Origin: Caldisericota bacterium
Lineage (GTDB): Bacteria; Caldisericota; Caldisericia; Cryosericales; Cryosericaceae
Length of the DNA stretch: 64,000 bases
Assembly (NCBI GenBank): GCA_026390285.1
Contig: JAPLGH010000046.1
Coordinates: forward strand, 868-64,867
Reading direction: 5' to 3'
The translations under genes were made by a program, and so were the position numbers. The notes below the pieces were generated by a model. That model ran no database searches and had not been told where the DNA came from. It saw nothing but the letters and a program-made list of their open reading frames with translations. Shown here in pieces: positions 19,270 through 28,517 of the stretch (positions within the stretch are counted from its first letter, which is position 1; each line of letters begins with the position of its first letter).

Positions 19270-20220
19270 TTACAGGACCCAGTTAAAGAAATATCCCACA
19301 ATCAGAATACCGAGGCCCACCACGCCGATGAATGTTGCGAGTAGCCTTGGCTTGAGAACACTGCGAAGGATTATCATCTCTGGCATCGAGAGTCCGGTGA
19401 CTGCCATCATGAAGGCGAGCGTCGTCCCCAGGGGCAGATCCTTGGCCCATAGGGCCTGAACGATAGGAATGACGCCCTCGGCGTTCGAGTACAGCGGGAT
19501 CCCGATTGCAACAGCCAGCAGAACGGCGAAAGGATTGTCGCGGCCAGCATATCTGGCTAGGAAATTCTCAGGGGCGTACCCGTGGATGAATGCTCCGATG
19601 GCGACGCCGACTGCCACCCATGGGGCCACTTTGCGGAAGATCTCGCCCACATATCTCCAACTGGCGACCACGCGGTTGTTGAAGGTCATGGGGGCATCGC
19701 CTGCCACGGCACCCACCTTGATCTTGTAGACGTAATCCTCAACATACTTCTCCATGTGAAGTTGACCGATGATGACGCCCGAGACAATCGCAATGAGCAG
19801 CCCCACACCTACATAGAGCAAGGCGACCTTGGCTCCAAACAATCCCCAAAGCAGGACCATGGCGACTTCATTGATCATGGGACTTGCCACCAGAAACGAG
19901 AAGGTCACGCCGAGTGGTACGCCGGACTCCACGAATCCGATGAACATCGGAATGGCTGAGCATGTGCAGAAAGGAGTGAGAATACCGAGAGAAGCAGCAA
20001 GAACGTTGCCCACGAACTGGTGCCGATGAACAAGCAGACGTTTGGCCTTCTCGGCGGGAGTCCACGTTCTGAGCATCGCGACCACAAACACGATAACGAC
20101 GAGGAGCAGGTAGATTTTGGGGATGTCATACACGAAGAAGTGAATGGCCTCGGTGATGAGCCGCCCCTTTGGCAGGCGCAGAAAAGTATAGGTGAACCAG
20201 TCGGCAAACATTGTCAGCAT
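19270..20220 (-). CDS. DUF318/ArsP-family permease
   Basis: HFFVYD, TPFCTCS, SPMINE, GIPLYSN, LSMPE. Confidence 0.85.
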   Translation of the reverse strand: MLTMFADWFTYTFLRLPKGRLITEAIHFFVYDIPKIYLLLVVIVFVVAMLRTWTPAEKAKRLLVHRHQFVGNVLAASLGILTPFCTCSAIPMFIGFVESGVPLGVTFSFLVASPMINEVAMVLLWGLFGAKVALLYVGVGLLIAIVSGVIIGQLHMEKYVEDYVYKIKVGAVAGDAPMTFNNRVVASWRYVGEIFRKVAPWVAVGVAIGAFIHGYAPENFLARYAGRDNPFAVLLAVAIGIPLYSNAEGVIPIVQALWAKDLPLGTTLAFMMAVTGLSMPEMIILRSVLKPRLLATFIGVVGLGILIVGYFFNWVL

Positions 20221-20283
20221 GACAACCTCCGTTGATATTTCAGCGTTTGAAAAAGGGCGGCTGCCCGCCCCATTGTTTCCTTG

Positions 20284-20526
20284 TCAGGCGCCAGCGCCGA
20301 CGATGGCTTTCTTTGCTTCCTCAGGCGACAGTATCCTGCCTACCATGACGACCTTGCCGTCGATGACAAGAGCAGGTGTCGCCATGACACCGTAGGCCAT
20401 GATCTCCTGGATGTCGGTCACGTCGACGACCTCGGCGTCCTTGCCGAGCATTGTCAGTGCTTTGCGGACGTTTGCCTCAAGCGCACGACAGCGCGCGCAA
20501 CTAGAACCCAGAATTTCGATTCGCAT
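20284..20526 (-). CDS. Small redox-active disulfide protein (MTH895/ArsE-like)
   Basis: ILGSSCARC...YGVMATPALVIDG. Confidence 0.85.
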   Translation of the reverse strand: MRIEILGSSCARCRALEANVRKALTMLGKDAEVVDVTDIQEIMAYGVMATPALVIDGKVVMVGRILSPEEAKKAIVGAGA

Positions 20527-20634
20527 GATTTCTCCTAGTTTGACAGTAGTTTCGCTCCAGCCTGCACCACACGACAGCAGACAGATCAATACGGGTCATC
20601 GGTCGCCCCAGGTCGACTTCATCAGTACTTTGGT

Positions 20635-21330
20635 CTAGATTGCCAGACCGAAGATGTACTTGAGACAGTAGTAGATGCCGACCAGTACGAACACGGCTCC
20701 AGTGGCCCTCCGGACCCACTGCTCGAGACTGGTCATTTTGTCGAAGAAGCGTGAGGTCGCCCTTCCTCCCAGCATGAGGACAACGGAGGCCGCGATGACA
20801 GGCAGTGCCGTCCCAATGCCGAACAGCGCAGGCAGCAGGAGTCGGGACTGGGTCTTGAGAGCAAGAGGCAGGAGACTGCCAAAGAAGAGCGCTGCAGAAG
20901 TCGGGCAGAAGGACAGGGCAAACACGAACCCAAGCAGGGCCGCGCCCCAGATGCCGGCCGCATCGGCACGGTGCTGCAGACGGGTCGATACGCCACCGCC
21001 ACTCGGCGTCGGCAGGCTGAGGATGTCCAGCAGAAACATGCCGACGACGATCAGGACGGGGCCCAGAATGAGGTTTCCATACCGCTGCAGTCCCATGGAT
21101 ATGGCCGGTACCGACAAGGCACTGGCAACCAGGAGTGCCGCAAGCGCGGTATAGGCCACGACCCTGCCAAGCGTGTACAGGAGTCCCGACAGCAGAACGC
21201 GGCGAGGATGGTTGATGGTGCGCGCCATATAGGAGATGGCCGTCAGGTTGGTTGCAAGGGGACATGGACTGATGGACGTCAGGATGCCAAACCAGAGAGC
21301 CGCACCCGCACCCGCAAGGATGCCGTTCAT
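20635..21330 (-). CDS. ArsG-family / CcdA-like membrane protein
   Basis: TSISPCPLATN; ALSFCPTSAALFFG. Confidence 0.8.
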   Translation of the reverse strand: MNGILAGAGAALWFGILTSISPCPLATNLTAISYMARTINHPRRVLLSGLLYTLGRVVAYTALAALLVASALSVPAISMGLQRYGNLILGPVLIVVGMFLLDILSLPTPSGGGVSTRLQHRADAAGIWGAALLGFVFALSFCPTSAALFFGSLLPLALKTQSRLLLPALFGIGTALPVIAASVVLMLGGRATSRFFDKMTSLEQWVRRATGAVFVLVGIYYCLKYIFGLAI

Positions 21331-21929
21331 TCCTGGGCCTCCAGGAACGAACTAGTTGATGACTTGATGTAGTCCTGAAAGGCTGTCTGGTCGCCCAGAA
21401 GCTGCCAGACCTTCTGCAGGTTCTCCCACTTGCCTGGCTTCCCATTCGTGTATCTCACAAGGACAACCGACTTGCTGACAAGCTGGTAGTCCTCGATGAA
21501 ATGTGTGTTCGCCGCATCCTCGACGTCGACGACTCGCCACGTCAGCATTCCATCTGTGATCTGGGTGGCGAAGGCAGTCTGGATCGCCTCGGCGGTCCAC
21601 TTCTCGATCGTGAGGCATGATGTGCAGCGTGCAGTGGTGTGGAAGTAGTAAGCCACTACGCCGTTGGCGGGCACACCCGTATCGACCGTCGTCGGGATCA
21701 CGCCCGAATCTGAAGGCGATGGGGTGGATGGAGTGCTGACGGTTGTCGGAGTGCCGGGCGTCTGTGTCGTCCTGCCACGCACCTCGTGCACGAGTAGGGC
21801 GACAACGGCAGTCACCAGGAACGCGAGGAGAACGAATCGCAGGACCGTCCTTGCCCTGCCGTTGAACGGAGCGGGCTTTGGTGCTTTCTTCTGGCTCTGG
21901 TGTGCTTTCTTCTGGCTTTGGTAAGTCAT
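21327..21929 (-). CDS. ArsF-family thioredoxin-fold membrane-anchored protein
   Basis: YYFHTTARCTSCLTIE after a TM helix and P/T linker. Confidence 0.8.
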   Translation of the reverse strand: MTYQSQKKAHQSQKKAPKPAPFNGRARTVLRFVLLAFLVTAVVALLVHEVRGRTTQTPGTPTTVSTPSTPSPSDSGVIPTTVDTGVPANGVVAYYFHTTARCTSCLTIEKWTAEAIQTAFATQITDGMLTWRVVDVEDAANTHFIEDYQLVSKSVVLVRYTNGKPGKWENLQKVWQLLGDQTAFQDYIKSSTSSFLEAQE

Positions 21930-22093
21930 TTTGCCTCCGAGGATGCCGCCTCTATTTCAACGGCTTGCCGTGCATCATGCCGTACAGACACCCGTATGCA
22001 TACACCACTGCCTGCACGGCCTGAATACTAATTGTCGACTTCGAGTCTGTACCCTTCTCTATCTGCCGTTTCTGGGAACCATCCCCGAGTCTT

Positions 22094-23278
22094 CTACGGC
22101 AGAGCTCCGAAGATCATACCTGCAACGGTCGACAACCCAACCACGAGTCCGACATAGGTCAGGGTCTTCTTCCAGCCCAGTTCTCCTGCGATGACTAGGA
22201 TAGAGGGCAGGGAGAGGCAGGGGCCGGCCAGCAGCAAGGCGAGTGCTGGTCCCTGGCCCATGCCGGCGCCCATCAACCCCTGTACAATAGGAATTTCCGT
22301 CAATGTGGCAAAATACATGAGTGCGCCCGAGAAGGCTGCCGTGAAGTTGGCCCGGAGTGAGTTTCCACCAAGAAGACCGCCGACCCAGCTGGTAGGAATG
22401 AGAGCATTGTGCCCAGGCCGCCCCAGAAGGAGACCTGAGACAAGCACGCCGGCAAAGAGCAGTGGCAGGATCTGCAGTGCGAAGTCACGTGTGGCTACGA
22501 CCCAGGTGCGCAGGTCATCCCGCGTGAACCAGTGAACCAGGGCATACACGAGCACGATCCCGAATGCGGCCGATATCCACCATTTCGCCGCGAAGATGGA
22601 GTCCCAGAATGGACTGCCGCCCTTGGAGTTCGCCCAGTTGATAAACACCAGGATGCCAACCATGGAGAACATGTAGACGGCCATCTGCCGGAGGCTCCGC
22701 GCGGGGGCTTCGCTGGGTGTGGAGAACAGGCGGGCGTCGGCTGCACGCTGGGCGTCTTCCTTCCGGAATATCAGTGCCATGATGAGACCGATGACGACCG
22801 AGAAGACGATTGCCCCGACGGCCCGTGCCATGCCAAGCCGCATACCAAATACCTTGGCCGAGAGGACAATGGCCAGGATGTTGATCGCCGGCCCGGAGTA
22901 CAGAAATGCAATGGCAGGGCCGAGGCCGGCGCCCTTCTTGTAGATGCCCTTGAACAGCGGAAGAACAGTACACGAGCATACCGCCAAGATAGCCCCCGAG
23001 AGGGCAGCGACGCCATAGGCCACGGGCTTCTTCGCATCCGGACCAAGGTAGCGCATGACAGACTGCTGGTCAAGGAATACCGTTATCGCGCCGGCAATGA
23101 ACATCGCAGGCACCAGGCACAGTAGCACATGTTGCTGCGCGTACTCCCCCAGCATGAGAAACGCCTCGCTTACGGAGCTGCTGACCCGAGCCACGCCCCA
23201 CGGAACGAAATAGGCCACAAGGAAGACCGCTACGACAATCAGCAGTTTTCGATTTGGACCCAGCTCTCTACTCGACAT
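22094..23278 (-). CDS. DUF318-family permease (long type)
   Basis: HVLLCLVPA, LAVCSCTVLP, SGPAIN, YFATLTE. Confidence 0.85.
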   Translation of the reverse strand: MSSRELGPNRKLLIVVAVFLVAYFVPWGVARVSSSVSEAFLMLGEYAQQHVLLCLVPAMFIAGAITVFLDQQSVMRYLGPDAKKPVAYGVAALSGAILAVCSCTVLPLFKGIYKKGAGLGPAIAFLYSGPAINILAIVLSAKVFGMRLGMARAVGAIVFSVVIGLIMALIFRKEDAQRAADARLFSTPSEAPARSLRQMAVYMFSMVGILVFINWANSKGGSPFWDSIFAAKWWISAAFGIVLVYALVHWFTRDDLRTWVVATRDFALQILPLLFAGVLVSGLLLGRPGHNALIPTSWVGGLLGGNSLRANFTAAFSGALMYFATLTEIPIVQGLMGAGMGQGPALALLLAGPCLSLPSILVIAGELGWKKTLTYVGLVVGLSTVAGMIFGALP

Positions 23279-23644
23279 GGTTCAATTCCTCACAGATGAG
23301 TGTTCGGACTTTCTCAGCGACGCTGTCGATGACGTCAGCCTTGATAACAGTCTTCCCCTTTTTGACACCAAAGTCCGTCGTAGCGACGTGCACGTGATGG
23401 ATGCCGAGTCTGTCCATGATCTGCTTGCCACAGGACAACCATCGATGGAAGCCACCAAGTCAGCAGTGCGTGCAGACTCGACGAATCCGGAGTTGCCGGC
23501 TCCCACGACTGCCAGGCATGTCATCTTTCCTACTTCGTCAGAAAAAAGCCTTCGCGTGACCTGATCGGCAAGATATCCCGTGTTCGCCGCGCCAGAACAG
23601 GAGTAGAGAAGAACGTTCAAACCAGATGTGCAGGAGCATTCCAT
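23268..23644 (-). pseudogene. DGC-domain putative zinc-binding protein, frameshifted near 23430
   Basis: YSCSGAANTG...IDGCPV, then the natural C-terminus GKQIMDRLGIHHVHVATTDFGVKKG continues in another frame. Confidence 0.8.
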
Positions 23645-23645
23645 G

Positions 23646-23888
23646 TCAGTGACTCTCCTTGGTCAGCAATTCTGCGATCTGTACACTGGACAGCACCTTC
23701 CCTACACTCAGCATGACGCCGTCCAAAGCAAGGGCCGGTGTCATCATGACGCCCATGTCCATGATGCGGTCTATGTCTGTCACTTTCTCAATGTCGGCCT
23801 CAAGTCCCAGTTTCGCCAGAGCGTCACGCGTGTTCTGCTCGAGAGCTTTGCATCTCGGACAGCCAATTCCCAGAATCTGTAGCTTCAT
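23646..23888 (-). CDS. Small redox-active disulfide protein (MTH895/ArsE-like)
   Basis: ILGIGCPRC...GVMMTPALALDG. Confidence 0.85.
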   Translation of the reverse strand: MKLQILGIGCPRCKALEQNTRDALAKLGLEADIEKVTDIDRIMDMGVMMTPALALDGVMLSVGKVLSSVQIAELLTKESH

Positions 23889-23921
23889 TGTCTCCTCCCT
23901 AGTACACTGTTGTACGCTTAA

Positions 23922-24464
23922 TCACTTTGCTCCATGAGACGCCGCGTAGATCTTCTCGACGTCACCCGCAGTCAGCAGCTTGCTCAAGATGAAGGCAATG
24001 AGGAAGATGCCAGGGACATCGACAAGGAACCGCGCGACCGCAAAACGCGCTCCAAGTGACTGCATCTCGAACAGGAACATTGGGATCTTCAGCGTAGACC
24101 ATGCTCCGATGAACACGAGCACGTTCATGAAGCTGGCTCCCTTGTCCGTGAGGACGGCGGCCACCGGGAAGGCAGCGTACAGAGGCCCTGCGGCAACAGC
24201 GCCAAGGACAATGCCCAGCGCAGTCCCCTTCAGTCCAGACCCTTTGCCCATATACCTGATGAGCGTCTCCCGCGGAACCCACACGTCCAGCAATCCCAAC
24301 AGGACGAAAATCGGAGGCATCACGAGGAGCATCGTCTTCAACTGATCAAGCAGGGACTTCTCAGCTCGTGCAGCTCTGGAAGGAGACAGGACCAGAAATG
24401 CTACGAAGATGACAACCATCACGAGAGTGGCGCGGTACTTCTTCAGGATGCTGTTGAGTGTCAT
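23922..24464 (-). CDS. Half-size DUF318-like permease (downstream partner)
   Basis: MPPIFVLLGLLDVWVP...GPLYAAFP...STLKIPM. Confidence 0.8.
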   Translation of the reverse strand: MTLNSILKKYRATLVMVVIFVAFLVLSPSRAARAEKSLLDQLKTMLLVMPPIFVLLGLLDVWVPRETLIRYMGKGSGLKGTALGIVLGAVAAGPLYAAFPVAAVLTDKGASFMNVLVFIGAWSTLKIPMFLFEMQSLGARFAVARFLVDVPGIFLIAFILSKLLTAGDVEKIYAASHGAK

Positions 24465-24943
24465 CTTGCCACCATCCATCCCACAAACAGCGCTGCGACA
24501 ATGGAAAACGCGAAGGCAAGCGTGTTGCGACCAATGGCGGCCTTCTTGCCGAAGTACCTGATTTCCAGTGGCAGTGTCACCACACCGACCATCATGAGCG
24601 AGGACACGAACGCTGCTATCTGTGTTACTCCAGCACCGTTTCGGAGAAGCTCGGCCGCTGCAGGGAACGCCACGAATCCGGGAATGAGGGTGATGGCCCC
24701 GACCAATGACGCGATCAGAATGCCCATCCAACCTGAACCAGCACCGATCAACCGCGCGATCGTCGGCGGATCGAACACGGCCAAGACAACTGCCACAATC
24801 ATCACGACGATCAGGAACTCCGGCAGGATACCCTCGAACGCTTTGAGACCCTTCATCAAGGCTTTCCTTGTCTTGGCCCGGTCCTTATAGATCGAGAACG
24901 CCAACAAGACGGCGACTGCACCATATAGAATCAAGTTTTCCAC
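24461..24943 (-). CDS. Half-size DUF318-like permease (upstream partner)
   Basis: GAITLIPGFVAFP...MVGVVTLPLE; GTG start after GAGGAGG. Confidence 0.8.
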   Translation of the reverse strand: MENLILYGAVAVLLAFSIYKDRAKTRKALMKGLKAFEGILPEFLIVVMIVAVVLAVFDPPTIARLIGAGSGWMGILIASLVGAITLIPGFVAFPAAAELLRNGAGVTQIAAFVSSLMMVGVVTLPLEIRYFGKKAAIGRNTLAFAFSIVAALFVGWMVAR

Positions 24944-25013
24944 ACTGACCTCCTCATGTGCTATTTGCCATGTTTCCATTTTCGGCAACTATTCAACATT
25001 GTCAAGAGGGGAC

Positions 25014-25042
25014 TTGACTAAGTTTCCTAACATTGCAACAAT
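25014..25042 (+). promoter_or_regulatory. Promoter for arsR, back-to-back with the permease-operon promoter (TTGACA on - strand at 25000-25005)
   Basis: TTGACT-17-AACAAT with TG extension. Confidence 0.5.
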
Positions 25043-25048
25043 ATGTTC

Positions 25049-25396
25049 ATGACGGAACAAGAGAGAATGCACTGTGAACTGACAGCACATATGTTCAAGG
25101 CTATGGCACACCCCGTACGTGTCTTCCTGCTGGACAAGCTCAGCGTCAGGCCCTGGTGTGTCTGCGAGCTGGCCGCTGAAGCGGGGGTCGACAAGTCCGT
25201 AGCGTCCAAGCACCTGTCCATGCTGAGAGAAGCTGGGCTTGTTGAATCTACGAGACGTGGTACTCAGATAGAGTACTCGCTGAGTGCACCATGTGTTCTG
25301 GAACTGGCGTCGTGCGCCGAGGGGACCGTGCTGACAAACAGGAAGAAATCCCTGGGTATCAACCCGGATTCGGAAGCCCAGGGTAACGCTCGCTGA
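25049..25396 (+). CDS. ArsR/SmtB-family regulator
   Basis: FKAMAHPVR...CVCEL...SKHLSML. Confidence 0.9.
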   Translation: MTEQERMHCELTAHMFKAMAHPVRVFLLDKLSVRPWCVCELAAEAGVDKSVASKHLSMLREAGLVESTRRGTQIEYSLSAPCVLELASCAEGTVLTNRKKSLGINPDSEAQGNAR

Positions 25397-25515
25397 CTCC
25401 CGGTTGCTCTTGCACTGGGACGACAACGGCGCTCGTTCCTCCACGCAAAACCCGACAGGCTGCCAACCGTCTCATGATGCCAGGCAGCCTGCTTTGCCCC
25501 TACTATATCAGCGAG

Positions 25516-25899
25516 TCAGCGTGCTGTCCCGACTCGGTCCTTCTTGCCAGTGAGGAGTTCTCGTATCTTGACGTAGAACAGGTCATTCGAGATGCCGCCA
25601 TAGAATGACCACTTGCCATTCAGCGCTGTCAGAGGCAGCGAGTATCCAGTTTCGAAAAGTCGCCGGACTTCGTCGACCATCGGGTCGGTGTCCTTGATGA
25701 CGTCGATGAACCTCAGTGAGCACTGCTCCTTGATGTCGCTCGCATCGAGGGACGTCCTCAGACTGTCGAACATCTCACCCATTGTCGGAGTTGGCGCAGC
25801 GCCCGGGCCACACCCGCCCCCGCCGCACCCGCACGACGAGGCTGCCGGAGCCTCGTCCCAGATTCCATAGACCTCGATTTGAACAGTAGTCTCTGCCAT
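25516..25899 (-). CDS. Cys-rich thioredoxin-fold/ArsD-like protein
   Basis: SSCGCGGGGCGP N-terminus; LPLTALNG; coupled to arsA2. Confidence 0.6.
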   Translation of the reverse strand: MAETTVQIEVYGIWDEAPAASSCGCGGGGCGPGAAPTPTMGEMFDSLRTSLDASDIKEQCSLRFIDVIKDTDPMVDEVRRLFETGYSLPLTALNGKWSFYGGISNDLFYVKIRELLTGKKDRVGTAR

Positions 25900-26807
25900 T
25901 ATGCAATCCCTCCAAATACGATTTTGTCCAGCATGTCGAGCTTATCGATGCCGCGAATGTCACTATCCATCAGTGGAACCCGGAGCAATTCAGCTCCGGC
26001 AAAGCGTCGTCGCATATCATCCAGGTATCCCAGTTGCAGCTGTCTCCGTTTCTGGAAGAAGGGCGTCGTCGCCTGTTCCTCGGCAATCAACAGGTTTGCC
26101 ACCACGAGCTGCGTGGCCACACCAATTGCAGCCAATTCCTGAGATGCGCGGTACGCTTCGAGAATCGGGGTACTCTCGGGATACATGACGAAACTGAACG
26201 TCGTCAGCTCAGGATCTCGCATTGCGCTGACCGCATGGTCGAACCGGTCTTTCTGCTGACGATCTCCTGCGGACATCGCTTCGGTGGCGCCGGTGGCCTT
26301 GAGCCTGATCTGCTCGCTCCAATCAAGGGGGAGCTCAAGCAGCCGCAGGGTGTGCCCCGTCGGTGCGGTATCAAAGACGATGACGTCGAATCCCGGAGTG
26401 CTCGACAAGTCGATGAAGCGCTGAAACGCCGCCATCTCTTCGGTGCAGGGAGAGGCCAGTTCCTCGGTCATCGTGCGAATCGTGTCCTCGTCGAACTTGG
26501 CCCGCGCATCGTCGAGAATACCCTTTTTGTAGTCCTCGGTCGCCTGCTTCTGATCGATCTTGGCGGCGAACAACCCCGGGACGCCATCGATAACCTCTAC
26601 CTGATCCGTCACGTTCTTGCCAAGCACACTTCCGGTATGTGCTGCGGGGTCCGTGGTAAGGAGCAGGGTCCGGTACCCTTGTCGGGCTGCGTGTACGGCG
26701 GTCAGGCATGCCATGGTCGTCTTCCCCACGCCGCCCTTGCCCGCAAAGAATACCTGTCGAGAAGACCCCTTTGCGCTCGGACGCAACAAGCTCTCGATGT
26801 CATCCAT
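25899..26807 (-). CDS. arsA: Single-domain ArsA ATPase (A2 half)
   Basis: GKGGVGKT, TDPA, SPCTEE, DTAPTGHT. Confidence 0.85.
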   Translation of the reverse strand: MDDIESLLRPSAKGSSRQVFFAGKGGVGKTTMACLTAVHAARQGYRTLLLTTDPAAHTGSVLGKNVTDQVEVIDGVPGLFAAKIDQKQATEDYKKGILDDARAKFDEDTIRTMTEELASPCTEEMAAFQRFIDLSSTPGFDVIVFDTAPTGHTLRLLELPLDWSEQIRLKATGATEAMSAGDRQQKDRFDHAVSAMRDPELTTFSFVMYPESTPILEAYRASQELAAIGVATQLVVANLLIAEEQATTPFFQKRRQLQLGYLDDMRRRFAGAELLRVPLMDSDIRGIDKLDMLDKIVFGGIA

Positions 26808-27687
26808 TGCTCGTCCCTCCCTGAAACAGCATCGGCGCGACCCTGCGGAACATCGCCAGCCCTCTGATCTCACTGTCCAATAGCTCCATCGTCTGCACAG
26901 GGGTACCCGCATACAACTGCCTGGCACGCTCCAGATACGTCAGCTGCATGTCACGTCGTTTCCGGAAGAAAGGATACACCGCCTCAGCCCCGGGGACAAG
27001 CCCGTTTACGATGATGCTCGACGTCGCAACGCCCAAAGCTGCTAGCTCCGTAACCGAACGTGACGTCTCCTCAAGAGATGTCTGCTCTGCCTGCATCACG
27101 AAGATGAACTTCGTCCGGCTTGTGTCTCGGAGCCGGGCTATCGCGTCATCGTACTTCTTCTTGCTCTCCTGAATCAGGGCGACGGGTCCCATACATGTCT
27201 GGCCGCTCCCTTGCGCGCTGTCCTTGATGTGCTTGCTCCACTCGATCGGAAGCTCCAGAAGCCGCAGCGTATGTCCCGTCGGCGCCGTGTCAAAGATGAT
27301 AACATCCCAATTCTCATCCTCCATGAAATCGGTGAACTTGTCGAATGAGGCCATCTCCTCTGTGCATGGACCACTCAGCTGCTCCTCGACAACCCTCAGC
27401 ATCTCGTCGTCAAAGAGCCCGCGCATGGGAGCCAGTGACCGCTCCTTGTATTCGCGGGTGGCCTCGTCCGGGTCGATCTCCATGGCCCAGAGATTCGGGA
27501 CGCCGGTGATAGGCGTCACATGGTGGCCTATGGGCTGCTCAAACACGTCAGCCAGGTTCGATGCCGGGTCGGTCGTGACAATGAGCGTCCTCTTGCCCTG
27601 GTCTGCGTGGTAGACGGCTGTCGTGGAGGCCATTGAGGTCTTGCCGACGCCTCCCTTGCCTGAGAAGAAAATGTACTCTGGATTCAT
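26800..27687 (-). CDS. arsA: Single-domain ArsA ATPase (A1 half)
   Basis: GKGGVGKT, DPASNL, SGPCTEE, DTAPTGHT, TCMGP. Confidence 0.85.
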   Translation of the reverse strand: MNPEYIFFSGKGGVGKTSMASTTAVYHADQGKRTLIVTTDPASNLADVFEQPIGHHVTPITGVPNLWAMEIDPDEATREYKERSLAPMRGLFDDEMLRVVEEQLSGPCTEEMASFDKFTDFMEDENWDVIIFDTAPTGHTLRLLELPIEWSKHIKDSAQGSGQTCMGPVALIQESKKKYDDAIARLRDTSRTKFIFVMQAEQTSLEETSRSVTELAALGVATSSIIVNGLVPGAEAVYPFFRKRRDMQLTYLERARQLYAGTPVQTMELLDSEIRGLAMFRRVAPMLFQGGTSNG

Positions 27688-27998
27688 GCGTTCCCTCCGT
27701 CCAGCGCAGCTCTCATCTCGCTGTAGGATGGGTACTCCATGGTCTTGACAACCTTGCCGTCGACGGTGGTCACCGGAAGGATCTTCTTGCCGTTGCCAGT
27801 GACGAGCTTGTAGACGTCGGCATTGTCGCGGAACTTGAACGGCTGCTGATTGATCGCGTACCGTTCGACGATCATACCGGGCTCTTCCCCCTGAAGACGT
27901 TTCAGGTCCTCATTGAGCCGAACGAGACGTTCATCGACCGACGGGCCGCACAGCCCGGTCGTACAGCACATGGGTGGTTCATAGAACTCGATTTTCAA
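27684..27998 (-). CDS. arsD: Arsenite metallochaperone
   Basis: YEPPMCCTTGLCGPSVD...LPVT.VDG...YP; TTG start after AGGAGG. Confidence 0.9.
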   Translation of the reverse strand: MKIEFYEPPMCCTTGLCGPSVDERLVRLNEDLKRLQGEEPGMIVERYAINQQPFKFRDNADVYKLVTGNGKKILPVTTVDGKVVKTMEYPSYSEMRAALDGGNA

Positions 27999-28031
27999 CG
28001 CAACCTCCTTGAGGATACATATGACTAGTTT

Positions 28032-28454
28032 CTACTTGCCTGTACGGGACTTTTGGGAGTGATGGTCAGCCCAATGCCGTCCAGCGGGCATAGGTCTGGT
28101 GACCACATTACAGACGAACGGAGGAGTATCTGCCAGGCGGCTCCGGTCGTCGGGAAACTGCGTGTGGACCTGGTCCATGAGAAGAGATACAAACGCGAGG
28201 GTCTCGGGTGGAAGGTCGTCGCGAATTGCATACAGCGTCCAGTAGCTCCGCTTGGAGGTCATCAGGAGTCCCGCTTCAAGAAGAACACGCACATGGTCCG
28301 AAACGGTCGCCTGCGACAGACTCAAGGCAACTTTCAGCTCACAGACGCACAAAGCGCGCACACCGAGCACACCGACAATGCGCGACCGTGTCTCGTCTCC
28401 CAGCGCCTTCGCAACCGAAATCCTGTCAAGCATCCCTGTACTCGTCATCTGCAT
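28032..28454 (-). CDS. arsR: ArsR-family repressor
   Basis: KALGDETR...LCVCEL...SQATVS.H. Confidence 0.85.
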   Translation of the reverse strand: MQMTSTGMLDRISVAKALGDETRSRIVGVLGVRALCVCELKVALSLSQATVSDHVRVLLEAGLLMTSKRSYWTLYAIRDDLPPETLAFVSLLMDQVHTQFPDDRSRLADTPPFVCNVVTRPMPAGRHWADHHSQKSRTGK

Positions 28455-28466
28455 CGCCATTCTCCG

Positions 28467-28517
28467 ATTATATCGTTATGTACCGATATAATATACGTCG
28501 ATGCTCTGGGGTGTCAA
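28467..28517 (-). promoter_or_regulatory. arsR promoter with ArsR/SmtB-type palindromic operator
   Basis: TTGACA-16-TATATT on - strand; ATTATATCG-N8-CGATATAAT at 28467-28492. Confidence 0.75.

Noticed and set aside
21880-21922. 21-bp tandem duplication in the arsF 5' end
   Set aside because: In-frame (QSQKKA twice) in a disordered tail; probably neutral.
26800-26810. arsA split as a sequencing frameshift
   Set aside because: The second ORF has its own RBS and ATG with a typical 8-nt overlap, and both halves look complete.
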